A stretch of 54,958 bases of DNA from Candidatus Magasanikiibacteriota bacterium (GCA_023246655.1 JAHFHX010000006.1:1-54958); one strand, 5' to 3'; positions 43,491 through 53,204 are shown, counted from the stretch's first letter. The notes: generated from the sequence alone by a model not told the origin. Made by a program: numbers and translations.

Positions 43491-46400
43491 TTACGAAGAA
43501 CTGAATTCAGGAAGACGTTCAAAAAATTGAATGGAGAAATCAGCCAGCAATATTGCTGGGGGTGATGAGCGCCTGAGATTAATAGCAATAGTTCTCCGGG
43601 CAGGAAAATGAACAGGAGGATTGCCAACAATAATGCCAGCTATAATTGATGGCCGTAAGATTGCCTGTGCGCTCATTTCGGAATCACCAAATATTTTTCT
43701 AGCAATCACATCAACTTCTTTCTGAACCTCACCAATAAAGCGCCCTTCAGTTGAAGATAATACATCAGCTTCTCCAGAGGCGCTCTCAGAAACCTGCGGC
43801 GGAAACAAACGTCGGTAGCTTTCTCTGTTATATCGTCGGAAAAATGGATTTATTTTTCGTACGAGTTGTTCACGAAAGTGCATCACTTCAACCACTCGGG
43901 CATTATCGAGTTGCTGATCGTCAAGAACCTGTGAGGCATATGCTGGCCACAATCCTCTAGCTCCGAAAGGAAAACACTGGAGATAGCTTTTTTCTATATT
44001 TTGGGCAGCTTGCTTCATCTTGGCATTCAACTGCTCGAGCGCAGCAACACGAGCAGCCGCGTCATCGTGTTCTTGCAATTTTTGAACGCGCCAACCGCTT
44101 AGGATAGTCGCCTTTTGATTCTTATGAGTAGCCCATTCCTCTAACCGCTTATTTAATTGATTAAAATTTTGAACGGTCTGTTCAGAGTCAGCTTGGGCTT
44201 CAGTTAAAATCCTCCGAGCTTCTGTAGCAGCCGCTTGTTTAAATCTCACACCGCCAAAGGCTACAATGGAAGCGCTTTGTGGTGGAATTAAACTAACGGG
44301 CAAACGATCAATAAGTGCCTTCTTATATAAGGAATTATCTTCCAACCTAACACGAGCTTGATGATGATCAAGATACAAACGATGGCTTAACGGAGCAATA
44401 ACCTCAGGTATCCTGGTTAAGGGCACGGTGGCTAGAGTGGCTACAAGACAGTCTTGTTCGGCTGGGCTTAATAGTGCTCTGGCGCGGTGATATGCTTCGG
44501 TTATAGCCCTAACCAGATGGGCTAAATTCTTTTGTTCACCAGCTTTGAGGACATCTGGGAATGATATTGAACCATATAACTGATCAAAATCAATTTGCTC
44601 TTGCCCGGTAGATAAAAAAGCCAGCAAACGACTTTTAATTTGTCGTAAAAGTCGTCGCACGACTGGAGTATAATCTCCGCCTTCCAATGTACCGCTAATT
44701 AACGGAAACTTATCACTTTTTTCATCACCGTACTCAATTCCTCGAAATGAATTAAATAATAGTTGATTTTCGGCTTCTTGTTTGAGCCGAGCGGTGACGT
44801 GGTTGGACAGGTGCTGTTGGCCCGCGACCAGAATAACCGGATGTTCAGGAGAAAAATTGTTCATTAATGTGCCGCCCAAATCTTGCGCGGAAACGGTGTC
44901 ACTTAATTCCCAACCTTCATCAGATAACCCCGTGATATGAGCGGATTTCAAAAAAGCGTAATCATCTTTACTGCATTGTGCTACTACAATTGGCCCATCT
45001 CGATGCGCGGTTATAAAAAATGGGTTGATGGGCACAGGTACGGTCTTGCCGGCAGATACTGCCCACTCTCCTAATCTCTGTGGGTTATCGGCAACACGAC
45101 GGGATGTTTTATCTGTTACCTGCGATGCCTGGTACCACCGCTCAATTCCTTCAGTCAGAGCGGTTTTCAGTTCATTATCTTTAATATCGACGAGCGTAGC
45201 AATGGCTGTGATTTTTGCCGTTTCGTCAGGAACTTTATTCCCCTGCCATTCGCGCAATTGACTCACCAGGCGATAGATGGCCTCTCCGCGCTGGAGAATT
45301 GTATCCAGTGATTCGGAAACATTTTCAGGTGGTGGGGATGCACTATCGGGTGATTCAAGAACCAAAGTATTGGTTCGTTCGCGGATTTCTTTTATAACTT
45401 TAGCCGCCTGCTCCCCCCATTTTCCGGGATGCTCGTTGCTAGTCTCAGTTCCTAAAATTTTACTACGAGCCTGATCAAACAACGCCTCCCATTCTGATAG
45501 TTCTTTGTGGTTCGAGCTTGGCTGATAAACGGCAGCGTATACCCTCAAAGGCGCACTATATGTAACAAAATCCTTGGCATATTGTCTAGCACGAGTGAGC
45601 TGATTGTCAAAAACCCGAGCAATATGAGGAATCCAAAAATCCCAACGTACTAGTGGAAACCGGCTCAGCATGTTGGCAAGAATAGCGCGTTCATCTCTAG
45701 TTATAAAAATTTTATAAACCTGCGGCAATACTGCTTTAATTTTTTCTAAATGACCAATAATAGTTGCCAATTGCTCGGGGGAAAATTGCTTACGCAAGTA
45801 CTGATAATAATAGGCATCGTCAAGTATTACTGTACTACTTGATGGCTCGTGAAATTGTAAAAAATCTGCAGTGTCCTCAGGCGTCGTACCCTCTTTACTT
45901 ACTCGACACAAGGCTTCATCTTGGACATTTTTGATGACCACATCAAGTTCCTCATCTTGAGTGCGCTCGGCGGTAGTAGCAATGGTGTGCGGTGTAAAAT
46001 CGCCCTTAATATCTGGCCGAAAACGACGATCAGAAATTGCTGACAACGGAACAGTTGAACCAGTTGCAGCCAACAAGGCACTGTTAATCGCATGGCGCAG
46101 CTCATGATCAATCGTGCGACTTTTTGCCTCTGCAGATTGAAACTGTTTTTCGTTTATAGCAATAAAAATAACTTCCCGCTGCCCATAAGGCGCTTGGTCG
46201 GGGGCAATATCAGCGCTGCGGGAAGCTTTAAAACCGGCATATGCCTCGGCTTTGGTAAGTGCTTGTTTAGTGGCTGTGGCATGATTATAGCCATAATAGA
46301 ACCGACTAAAATCTCGCTTATCGGAAAATGTAAGGTAATATACAAAACCTTGCGCGACAAAGCTTATGGGGCCATGAGGCGTGGCGTTTTTAGTAAAATG

Positions 46401-46853
46401 TTCAAATATAAATTTGCCCATGGCAAGAGGATTATTACTGTCAATGCCTTTATCCTCGGCTTCATCATAAAAATAAGATCCCACGAGTTTTGCCCGCGTT
46501 TCGGCCTGAAAATAACGCTCAACAACAAAATCCATTTCACGATTAACACCATCAAACAATTTCGTCTCTCCCCGGGCAGGTCCGCCAGGGCGAGTGCCCA
46601 ATAATTTAAGTTGCTGTTCGATGTCACGCTTTAAGGCAGCATCAAACCCAGCCATCTCAGTGACACCGGCTTTTACTGCGTGCGCGTGCAGTTTGTTCTG
46701 CACTCGCGCCATGATAATGGACGCATCAGCCACTTCCCGGACTACTTCTTCTGCAATTTTCTCGCGCCGATCCTGGCGTTCTGGGCGCTCTTGTGCAGCG
46801 CGGACAGCATCTGCAAATTCTACTTTTGCACCGCCAGATCCAGATTCGTTCAT
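43491..46853 (-). CDS. Large hypothetical protein with HExxH motif and coiled coils
   Basis: 1120-aa ORF. TIDHELRHAIN and a later NVQDEAL. No signal peptide or TM seen. Confidence 0.7.
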   Translation of the reverse strand: MNESGSGGAKVEFADAVRAAQERPERQDRREKIAEEVVREVADASIIMARVQNKLHAHAVKAGVTEMAGFDAALKRDIEQQLKLLGTRPGGPARGETKLFDGVNREMDFVVERYFQAETRAKLVGSYFYDEAEDKGIDSNNPLAMGKFIFEHFTKNATPHGPISFVAQGFVYYLTFSDKRDFSRFYYGYNHATATKQALTKAEAYAGFKASRSADIAPDQAPYGQREVIFIAINEKQFQSAEAKSRTIDHELRHAINSALLAATGSTVPLSAISDRRFRPDIKGDFTPHTIATTAERTQDEELDVVIKNVQDEALCRVSKEGTTPEDTADFLQFHEPSSSTVILDDAYYYQYLRKQFSPEQLATIIGHLEKIKAVLPQVYKIFITRDERAILANMLSRFPLVRWDFWIPHIARVFDNQLTRARQYAKDFVTYSAPLRVYAAVYQPSSNHKELSEWEALFDQARSKILGTETSNEHPGKWGEQAAKVIKEIRERTNTLVLESPDSASPPPENVSESLDTILQRGEAIYRLVSQLREWQGNKVPDETAKITAIATLVDIKDNELKTALTEGIERWYQASQVTDKTSRRVADNPQRLGEWAVSAGKTVPVPINPFFITAHRDGPIVVAQCSKDDYAFLKSAHITGLSDEGWELSDTVSAQDLGGTLMNNFSPEHPVILVAGQQHLSNHVTARLKQEAENQLLFNSFRGIEYGDEKSDKFPLISGTLEGGDYTPVVRRLLRQIKSRLLAFLSTGQEQIDFDQLYGSISFPDVLKAGEQKNLAHLVRAITEAYHRARALLSPAEQDCLVATLATVPLTRIPEVIAPLSHRLYLDHHQARVRLEDNSLYKKALIDRLPVSLIPPQSASIVAFGGVRFKQAAATEARRILTEAQADSEQTVQNFNQLNKRLEEWATHKNQKATILSGWRVQKLQEHDDAAARVAALEQLNAKMKQAAQNIEKSYLQCFPFGARGLWPAYASQVLDDQQLDNARVVEVMHFREQLVRKINPFFRRYNRESYRRLFPPQVSESASGEADVLSSTEGRFIGEVQKEVDVIARKIFGDSEMSAQAILRPSIIAGIIVGNPPVHFPARRTIAINLRRSSPPAILLADFSIQFFERLPEFSSS

Positions 46854-47097
46854 ACAACGATGATTAAATATAGCTATTCTAACTGAAGGAGCTTGGATTG
46901 TCTATATAATTACCATCCACACATTAAAAAAGAAGCGGCGATAGCTTCTTTGCTCATAGGAAGTTATCTTTGACAATGTCAAGTTTTTCAGATGTGGCGG
47001 CAAATTCTTTTAGAGATGGTAAAAACAAAAAAACCGCCCTCATTTTAGTCGCAATTTACTACGACCAGAATGAGTTGGGGCGGTTTTCCTCTCCACT

Positions 47098-47364
47098 TCA
47101 CTCTTTCCACGCCGCGCGCAACCAGCCGCGCAACCGAGGGCTGAAAAGAGCAATTATCAATACTACCACAAAAAATTGCCCAATGGGTTGGCAGTAGACA
47201 AGCGGTGTGCCTAATAGCACTGCGAGCATGCTGACCTGCCATCCCGCAATCCCCTTGCCACAAGCCAAATAGATGAGTAGCATTAAGGAGGCAAAGTCCA
47301 GAGCGACCGCTGCTAAGATCGGTGAAATGGCCAAAAAGATGGGTCCATGTCGGCGCGGTGGCAT
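47098..47364 (-). CDS. Small membrane protein
   Basis: SD AAGGAGG 5 nt before ATG 47364. 88 aa with about 3 hydrophobic helices; divergent from TrmB. Confidence 0.6.
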   Translation of the reverse strand: MPPRRHGPIFLAISPILAAVALDFASLMLLIYLACGKGIAGWQVSMLAVLLGTPLVYCQPIGQFFVVVLIIALFSPRLRGWLRAAWKE

Positions 47365-47484
47365 GTGCACCTCCTTCTATCTCGTATTTGATTAAATTTT
47401 AACATATTTTAATTTAAAATTCAATTATAAATTGACAAAATAAATTTTTTTATAAATTGGCTAAAATAACTAAAAAATAATAAC

Positions 47485-47526
47485 TGTCAAATATATATTG
47501 ACAACTTTTTATCCATCTTATATTAT
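47485..47526 (+). promoter_or_regulatory. Promoter of the third TrmB gene overlapped by a palindromic operator candidate
   Basis: TGTCAA-ATATATA-TTGACA palindrome; TTGACA(47498)-17 nt-TATTAT(47521). Confidence 0.7.
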
Positions 47527-47544
47527 ATAAAAAAATTATTTTTT

Positions 47545-48315
47545 ATGAATCTTCTGCCATTTTTATTATCATTGGGCCTATCGGAAACCGAATCCAAGGT
47601 CTATCTTAAACTGCTCGCGCTTGGTACCAGTGAGGCCGGTCTCATTGCTGTGGAGACGCGGGTTAAGCGAACTACTGTCTATCACGCGCTTGTGACGCTC
47701 CAAGAAAAAGGGTTAGTACATATTGTGGGTCGCGCCGGGGCCACCCGCTATCATGCTGAACCGCCCGAGCACCTCACCACCATGCTAGCACGACGTACTC
47801 ATGAACTGGAGCGCCTGGGTCGTGAGACCACCAAGTTGTTGCCGTTCTTCCCGACTCTTCCCGATGATGCCGGCCGAACCATGCCTCACGTAGAGTTCTA
47901 TCGCGGTAAAGAGGGTCTCCAGAATTTAAGTGATCAGACGCTTGTCTGCCGCAGCAAAGAAATACTGGCAATCGTGCCAAACTTTTCGGCCATTCAACAA
48001 TGTTTTTCTCCAGACTATATGCGTAAAAATATAACTAAAAAATGTCAGAGTGGTATTGTGACAAAAACTATTTTTGCCGAAGCCGCTGCTGATACATCAC
48101 TCCAACTAAATAATTACTCCGGACGTGAGGCTCGTTTGGCTCCTCCTGAAATGCAGCGAAGTCTGCGCTCAATTGTAATGATCTGGGATAACCACGTGGC
48201 CACCATTAGCTTGCTCCCCGAGTTATTTGGATTACTCGTGACGAGCTTTGACTATAGTGAAACTATGAAAGCGCTATGGCAGACAATTTGGGTTCAGTCC
48301 GAGGCTACTGGATAA
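47545..48315 (+). CDS. TrmB-family transcriptional regulator
   Basis: LGLSETESKVYLKLLALG...VKRTTVYHALVTLQEKGLV, EFYRGKEGL. Confidence 0.9.
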   Translation: MNLLPFLLSLGLSETESKVYLKLLALGTSEAGLIAVETRVKRTTVYHALVTLQEKGLVHIVGRAGATRYHAEPPEHLTTMLARRTHELERLGRETTKLLPFFPTLPDDAGRTMPHVEFYRGKEGLQNLSDQTLVCRSKEILAIVPNFSAIQQCFSPDYMRKNITKKCQSGIVTKTIFAEAAADTSLQLNNYSGREARLAPPEMQRSLRSIVMIWDNHVATISLLPELFGLLVTSFDYSETMKALWQTIWVQSEATG

Positions 48316-48500
48316 AATAAAAAACAGAAACCCATCACGAATTTCTGTCACCACTGTCACACCAACGACGGGAAAAATTTTCTTTTCCTGCCAATACATT
48401 GGCACAAAACCGCCGCCTCACGTTTGTATGGAAAACCCCCCACAATTTGGTGGCCAACCTCGCTGGCCAACCCTCTAAAAATTTGACAAATTCGTTAATG

Positions 48501-48571
48501 TGGACCTAGGCAGAATCGAACTGCCGCTTCGGCAATGCGAATGCCGCGTCATACCACTAGACCATAGGCCC
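48501..48571 (-). tRNA. tRNA-Ala(CGC)
   Basis: GGGCCTA/TAGGTCC acceptor stem, CGGCA-TTCGCAT-TGCCG anticodon arm, AGTTCGATTCT T-arm. Confidence 0.92.
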
Positions 48572-48708
48572 ATCCTTGAAAATTTCTAAGCTCTAATTAC
48601 TAATGTCTAATAAAATTTCCAATGATTAAATCCAAAATAGTATAGCAGATTTGTTGAATTAATCAAGATTACTATTGGTATTTATCTATTCAGTTTTTTC
48701 CAACCAAC

Positions 48709-48849
48709 TGTCATTTCGAGCGAAGTGAAGCCTCGCGGCGAAACGAAGTCGAGAAATCGCTTGACCGTTGAGTCGCAAGGGTCAAGGGATTCCTCCGCTC
48801 GCGGAGCCTGCACTGAGTGTAGCGAACGTGACGCTCGGTCGGAATGACA
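48709..48849. mobile_element. Palindromic REP/MITE-like element with extended flanking inverted repeat
   Basis: TGTCATTTCGA...TCGGAATGACA ends. Flanks 48683-48703 and 48851-48871 form a 21-bp inverted repeat with 1 mismatch. Confidence 0.85.
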
Positions 48850-48887
48850 ATTGGAAAAAACTGAACAGATACCACTGACTTGCCTAG

Positions 48888-48959
48888 TGCCCTCGAAGGG
48901 AATTGAACCCCTATCTCACCCTTAGGACGGGTTTGCTCTATCCGTTGAGCTACAAGGGC
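48888..48959 (-). tRNA. tRNA-Arg(CCT)
   Basis: GCCCTTG/CGAGGGC acceptor stem, anticodon loop GTCCTAA, GGTTCAATTCC T-arm. Confidence 0.88.
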
Positions 48960-49017
48960 GGCGTGCAGCGAACTGTATCATGATTTTGGCCAATAATCAA
49001 TTCTCCTTGACAAAAAA

Positions 49018-49046
49018 TTGAGCCCACACCTTTGGTGTGCTATACT
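49018..49046 (+). promoter_or_regulatory. Promoter with a palindrome in the spacer
   Basis: TTGAGC-17 nt-TATACT with extended TG. CACACC-TTT-GGTGTG (49025-49039) fills the spacer. Confidence 0.55.
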
Positions 49047-49095
49047 AAAAGGAATGAACCTCTAACTAATCCTAGAGAGGAGGTGACAATAAGGT

Positions 49096-49332
49096 ATGAT
49101 GGGTAAAAACAAAGGTCTTCACATGGTAACTTTTACGTTACTTCTGATTGGTGGTCTCAATTGGCTTTTGGTAGGTCTTTTAAAATGGGATGTTGGTATG
49201 TTATTTGGTGGCCAGATGGCTACGGTTTCCCGCGTTATCTACGTTTTAGTAGGTTTGTCAGCACTCTACGAGTTATTTAGTCATAAGGGTTGCTGCAAAA
49301 TGTGTGGCGGTGATATGAAGCCGATGATGTAA
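49096..49332 (+). CDS. DUF378 family membrane protein
   Basis: LLLIGGLNWLLVGL...RVIYVLVGLSALY. Confidence 0.9.
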   Translation: MMGKNKGLHMVTFTLLLIGGLNWLLVGLLKWDVGMLFGGQMATVSRVIYVLVGLSALYELFSHKGCCKMCGGDMKPMM

Positions 49333-49357
49333 TCACAGGCTTTTTCGTTTAAACGAA

Positions 49358-49388
49358 AAAACGATCCCGACTCAGTCGGGATCGTTTT
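49358..49388. terminator. Hairpin terminator of the CCCGA/TCGGG family
   Basis: AAAACGATCCCGAC-TCA-GTCGGGATCGTTTT. Confidence 0.75.
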
Positions 49389-49446
49389 GATTACTGACAT
49401 TTGTAGGCAGGAATGATACAATATAGGTTGATCTGGATCAAACTAT

Positions 49447-50553
49447 ATGCCAACAGTTTTTTTAACCATCACGATCGTTCTTTTCCTCGCCATCCTCCTC
49501 GGCCTGTTTTTATTATTCAAAAAAATAGGCGCTGGACAGCGGCCCAAAGACGGTGAACAGAATCTTTTTCTCATGCTCCAAAACCAAATTCAAGAACTGT
49601 CACGCTCGAACCTTGATTTGCAAAAATTAATTGACCAAAAGATGCACGAGACACATAAAACAATACACGAGACACAGCAAAATTTGAACAAAACAATTCA
49701 AACGCAGTTTGGGCAAAGCGCCAAAATTATTACGGACGTAACCGAGCGGCTGACAAAGCTCGATGAAACTAATAAACAAGTGATGGGATTTGCGGAGCAA
49801 CTCGAAAATTTGGAAAACGTATTGCAGAACCCAAAGCACCGCGGTATCTTGGGGGAATATTATTTGGAGAATGTGCTAAAAAATGTGCTGCCTCCCGGCA
49901 GTTACCAAATGCAGTACAAATTCAATGACGGTGATATTGTAGATGCGGCGGTATTTGTAAAGGATAAAGTGATTCCGGTGGATTCAAAATTTAGTTTAGA
50001 GAATTATAACAGAGTAGTAAATGAACGCGACCCAGAACGTAAGGCTGAGTACGAGACGGCGTTTAAACGGGACTTAAAAAACCGCATTGATGAAACGAGT
50101 AAATATATTAAACCGAAGGAAAACACCATGGATTTTGCGTTTATGTTCATTCCAGCTGAGGGCATTTATTATGATCTCCTCATTAATAAAGTGGGAGCGG
50201 TCAAAATTAACACGCATGATTTAATTGAGTACGCATTTAAAGAGAGGCATGTAATTATTGTGTCACCGACATCGTTCTTGGCATATTTGCAGACGGTTTT
50301 ACAGGGCTTGCGCGCACTCCAAATTGAAGAGTCCGCCAAGGAGATTCGGCAGCGGGTAGAGGAGCTGGGAAAACATTTGCTGGCGTATGATGACTATTTG
50401 AAAAAACTGGGAAATAATTTATCAACAACCGTGAATACCTACAACGCTACCTATAAAGAATTTAATAAGATTGATAAAGACGTAATGCGTATTACCGGCG
50501 GGGAGAAACAAATAGAGGTGCTGACGATTGAAAAGCCGGCGCTGGAAGAATAG
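49447..50553 (+). CDS. rmuC: DNA recombination protein RmuC
   Basis: N-terminal TM, coiled coil, PKHRGILGEYYLE, IPVDSKFSLENY, DFAFMFIPAEG, VSPTSF. Confidence 0.93.
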   Translation: MPTVFLTITIVLFLAILLGLFLLFKKIGAGQRPKDGEQNLFLMLQNQIQELSRSNLDLQKLIDQKMHETHKTIHETQQNLNKTIQTQFGQSAKIITDVTERLTKLDETNKQVMGFAEQLENLENVLQNPKHRGILGEYYLENVLKNVLPPGSYQMQYKFNDGDIVDAAVFVKDKVIPVDSKFSLENYNRVVNERDPERKAEYETAFKRDLKNRIDETSKYIKPKENTMDFAFMFIPAEGIYYDLLINKVGAVKINTHDLIEYAFKERHVIIVSPTSFLAYLQTVLQGLRALQIEESAKEIRQRVEELGKHLLAYDDYLKKLGNNLSTTVNTYNATYKEFNKIDKDVMRITGGEKQIEVLTIEKPALEE

Positions 50554-50633
50554 CGGTTTTGAAAAAAACAAACGGAATAGCGTCGGCAATCACCTACGCT
50601 CTTGTTAAACGCCGTGCAGCGGAGGAACCACTA

Positions 50634-50662
50634 TTGACTTGCGCGCAGTTTTTTGCTATACT
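50634..50662 (+). promoter_or_regulatory. Sigma70 promoter of rpsT
   Basis: TTGACT-17 nt-TATACT with extended TG. Confidence 0.7.
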
Positions 50663-50752
50663 ACGTGCACTTAATAAATTCCTGCATGCCACGAACATGC
50701 GAATTGCTCTCAAATATTAGTACTTATTTACTGTTAATTGTTATTTGAAATT

Positions 50753-51013
50753 ATGCCAAATAAACCTGCTGCTGCTAAAGCATTGCGTCAAACTAAAAAA
50801 CATGCTGCGGCCAATGCCCTCCGTAAAGAAGCCTTTAAGGACGCGGTAAAAAAAACCCTTAAATCTAAATCGGCTGAGGAGGCCCTAAAGCTCGCGATCC
50901 AAGCACAGAAAGCTTTGGACAAAGCGGCCAAAGCCGGCACCATTAAAAAGAATACTGCCGCGCGTAAACTATCCCGGCTAATGGCAAAAGTGAACGCACT
51001 CAACAAAAAATAA
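50753..51013 (+). CDS. rpsT: 30S ribosomal protein S20
   Basis: MPNKPAAAKALRQ...ALDKAAKAGTIKKNTAARKLSRL. Start at ATG 50753. Confidence 0.96.
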   Translation: MPNKPAAAKALRQTKKHAAANALRKEAFKDAVKKTLKSKSAEEALKLAIQAQKALDKAAKAGTIKKNTAARKLSRLMAKVNALNKK

Positions 51014-51017
51014 ATTA

Positions 51018-51046
51018 AAAAATCCTAGCTTGATGCTAGGATTTTT
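51018..51046. terminator. rpsT terminator
   Basis: AAAAATCCTAGC-TTGAT-GCTAGGATTTTT. Confidence 0.8.
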
Positions 51047-51053
51047 ATGAAAG

Positions 51054-51644
51054 ATGTATTTAAAACATATATTTGAAAAATCTATGACTACTCTTGAGCC
51101 TTTCGCTGATGAAAAACAAAAAGAGCTGGTCGGTTATCTTGTTTCTGATTGGCTAGCACACAAAGTAGGTCACTTAAAAGGTTTATACGATTTTATAAAA
51201 TATAAGAAGTTACCACAAGATGATTATTGGTCTATTCCGTCCCTGGAAGATTACTGTGCATCTAAGGATGCGGATACAGAAAATTGGTTTAATGAAAGGT
51301 CTTTTAGTGTAAATGATACTTTTTCCAATTTTGCAGAATTTAAAGCACGATGCCCGCTACTTGAAACTATTTTTGAACCAGCACGAGAGTTGGCCCAAGG
51401 AGCCACCGAAGCGCTGACAGCACTCAAATGCGAAATCGCAAATCACCACCAAGGCAAGGCACAAGTAGTTCTCCCGGAAGCAGTACTTGATAAGTTAAAA
51501 AGATTAGTCAACTTACACAATAAAATTTCTTACAACATAGCTGAAGCCAAGCTCAATTTTCCTGGTGTTATAGAAGGTCTGAGAGAACTGGCTACAGAAC
51601 AAACCCGTGAAGGCGAGCGAGGACGCGGCGAAGGTGGTGGCTAA
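51054..51644 (+). CDS. Hypothetical protein
   Basis: 196-aa ORF, convergent with and overlapping the holA stop. No family recognised. Confidence 0.55.
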   Translation: MYLKHIFEKSMTTLEPFADEKQKELVGYLVSDWLAHKVGHLKGLYDFIKYKKLPQDDYWSIPSLEDYCASKDADTENWFNERSFSVNDTFSNFAEFKARCPLLETIFEPARELAQGATEALTALKCEIANHHQGKAQVVLPEAVLDKLKRLVNLHNKISYNIAEAKLNFPGVIEGLRELATEQTREGERGRGEGGG

Positions 51645-52621
51645 AGAGGCGCTGCCTGACCAATAAACAGATCAATTAATAATGACTGGCCTGCCTGGCC
51701 AGTTTTTGTTTTAATATCAACAGCCAGCAGCGCTTGATACAATGCTTGTAAGGTGGAAAGAGGCAGGCGGCGCGCGACCGCGAGATTTTTTTTGGCAACA
51801 AACGGGTGGATACCTAGCTTTTTAGCTATTATATCGCTGGTGAGAGTGCCCTCATTCTCTAAAAGATCGGCCATTTCCAGAAGAATCCGAAATTGCCAGA
51901 TAATGAGTCCAAAAATTTTATTTTCTTCTTCCCCCAAGCGACGCTGTTCGTTTAAAAGTTTAAAAGCCAGTTTATGATTGCCTTGAACAATGGCATCAAC
52001 CATATTAAAAACGTTGTCATCAATTTTTTCATCCAAAAATAATTGTACGTCGACGAGAGTGATTGGAACGACAATTGACGAGGCAGTGTACGCTACCAAT
52101 TGATCAATAAGGCTGTTCAAATGCCACATATCACGGCCGGCATTCTGACAAAGAAAATTGAGTGCTGATTCTTCAATCTGTCCACCACGTGCTTTAATCT
52201 CCTTCTCAACCCACTTGGTTAGATCAGCGCCCTTAAGCAGAGAAAATTCTTGGGCGTACTTTTCTTTAGTAAGAAGCGCCTGGAGTTCTTTGGTTTCTTT
52301 AATTTTGCTTAGTGCTTCGCCTTGCCAAAAAATGATGATGTTGCTTTCTGGGATCCTCTTATCTTTTATCCTGGTTATCATTTCTTGCAATAGCTCTTTA
52401 TCTGAACTCGACAAGATATTTTCGATAATAATCATTCGTCGCTCGGCGAGAAATGGCACGGAAACAATTTCGGCCAAAATTTTTCCGGCTGTTTCTTTTT
52501 TTCCATCCAAAAAAACCACGTTATAGCCTTGTGGGTCGCGTTGCTGTTTAAATTTTTTGACAGACTCATGGAGATACTGCCGGCTGCGGTAAGTGTCGGG
52601 ACCGTGGAGAAAGAGAATCAT
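51641..52621 (-). CDS. holA: DNA polymerase III delta subunit
   Basis: MILFLHGPDTY, SVPFLAERRMIII, LNSLIDQLVAY, LGIHPFVAKK, DIKTKTG; lies next to rpsT. Confidence 0.93.
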   Translation of the reverse strand: MILFLHGPDTYRSRQYLHESVKKFKQQRDPQGYNVVFLDGKKETAGKILAEIVSVPFLAERRMIIIENILSSSDKELLQEMITRIKDKRIPESNIIIFWQGEALSKIKETKELQALLTKEKYAQEFSLLKGADLTKWVEKEIKARGGQIEESALNFLCQNAGRDMWHLNSLIDQLVAYTASSIVVPITLVDVQLFLDEKIDDNVFNMVDAIVQGNHKLAFKLLNEQRRLGEEENKIFGLIIWQFRILLEMADLLENEGTLTSDIIAKKLGIHPFVAKKNLAVARRLPLSTLQALYQALLAVDIKTKTGQAGQSLLIDLFIGQAAPL

Positions 52622-52779
52622 ATGTTAAGGATAGTAAGCAGGTAGGATGATAGTGCAGTAGCATAATACTATTTTAAAACTAAAGACGCAAACAAAAAAG
52701 ACCTGCTTCCGGTCTTAATTAATGAGTTATGTGGGCGCCCCGACGACGTATCGTCGAGGCGCCGGCGTCCCCCTTGCAG

Positions 52780-53031
52780 CTATTCGCCCGAACCCGGATC
52801 GGGGGAAGGCTCCCCTGCTGGGGAGCGTTCCATCCAGCGCCACTCCAGCGGGATCACCGCCGTTTCCGGCGGGAATGGAGGTTGCATCAGGATGCGCAGG
52901 GTGGGTGGGCCACCCGCTGAGCTCACGAGCAGGCTCTGCCCGCCCGCCTGCTCGAAGACGGCTGCCGTGGTGTAACCACGAACGGCCTGCGCGAACCTGA
53001 AATAGCCGTCCTTGAATTTTCCGAGCGTCAT
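52780..53031 (-). CDS. Small GC-rich hypothetical protein
   Basis: 83-aa ORF with SD AAGGAG 5 nt before the ATG, in a local GC-rich patch. Confidence 0.4.
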   Translation of the reverse strand: MTLGKFKDGYFRFAQAVRGYTTAAVFEQAGGQSLLVSSAGGPPTLRILMQPPFPPETAVIPLEWRWMERSPAGEPSPDPGSGE

Positions 53032-53204
53032 GGGAACTCCTTACTCAGAAGCAGCGGATCCGTTCCGCTTTTGCCTGAGCAAATTAACCCTAACAAAGAG
53101 AGCGGGCTTCGTCAACGTGATAATTGAACAATCGATTCATACTTGCTATAATTGTCATGGTGAGGAACAGGGAAAAGATCCTTTATAATGACACACCATG
53201 ATCT

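Noticed and set aside
48316-48500. att site or integrated island at the tRNA-Ala(CGC) 3' end (TGGCCAACC x2, TGTCAC x2)
   Set aside because: No duplicate of the tRNA 3' end was found in the window and there is no integrase; the repeats are too short.
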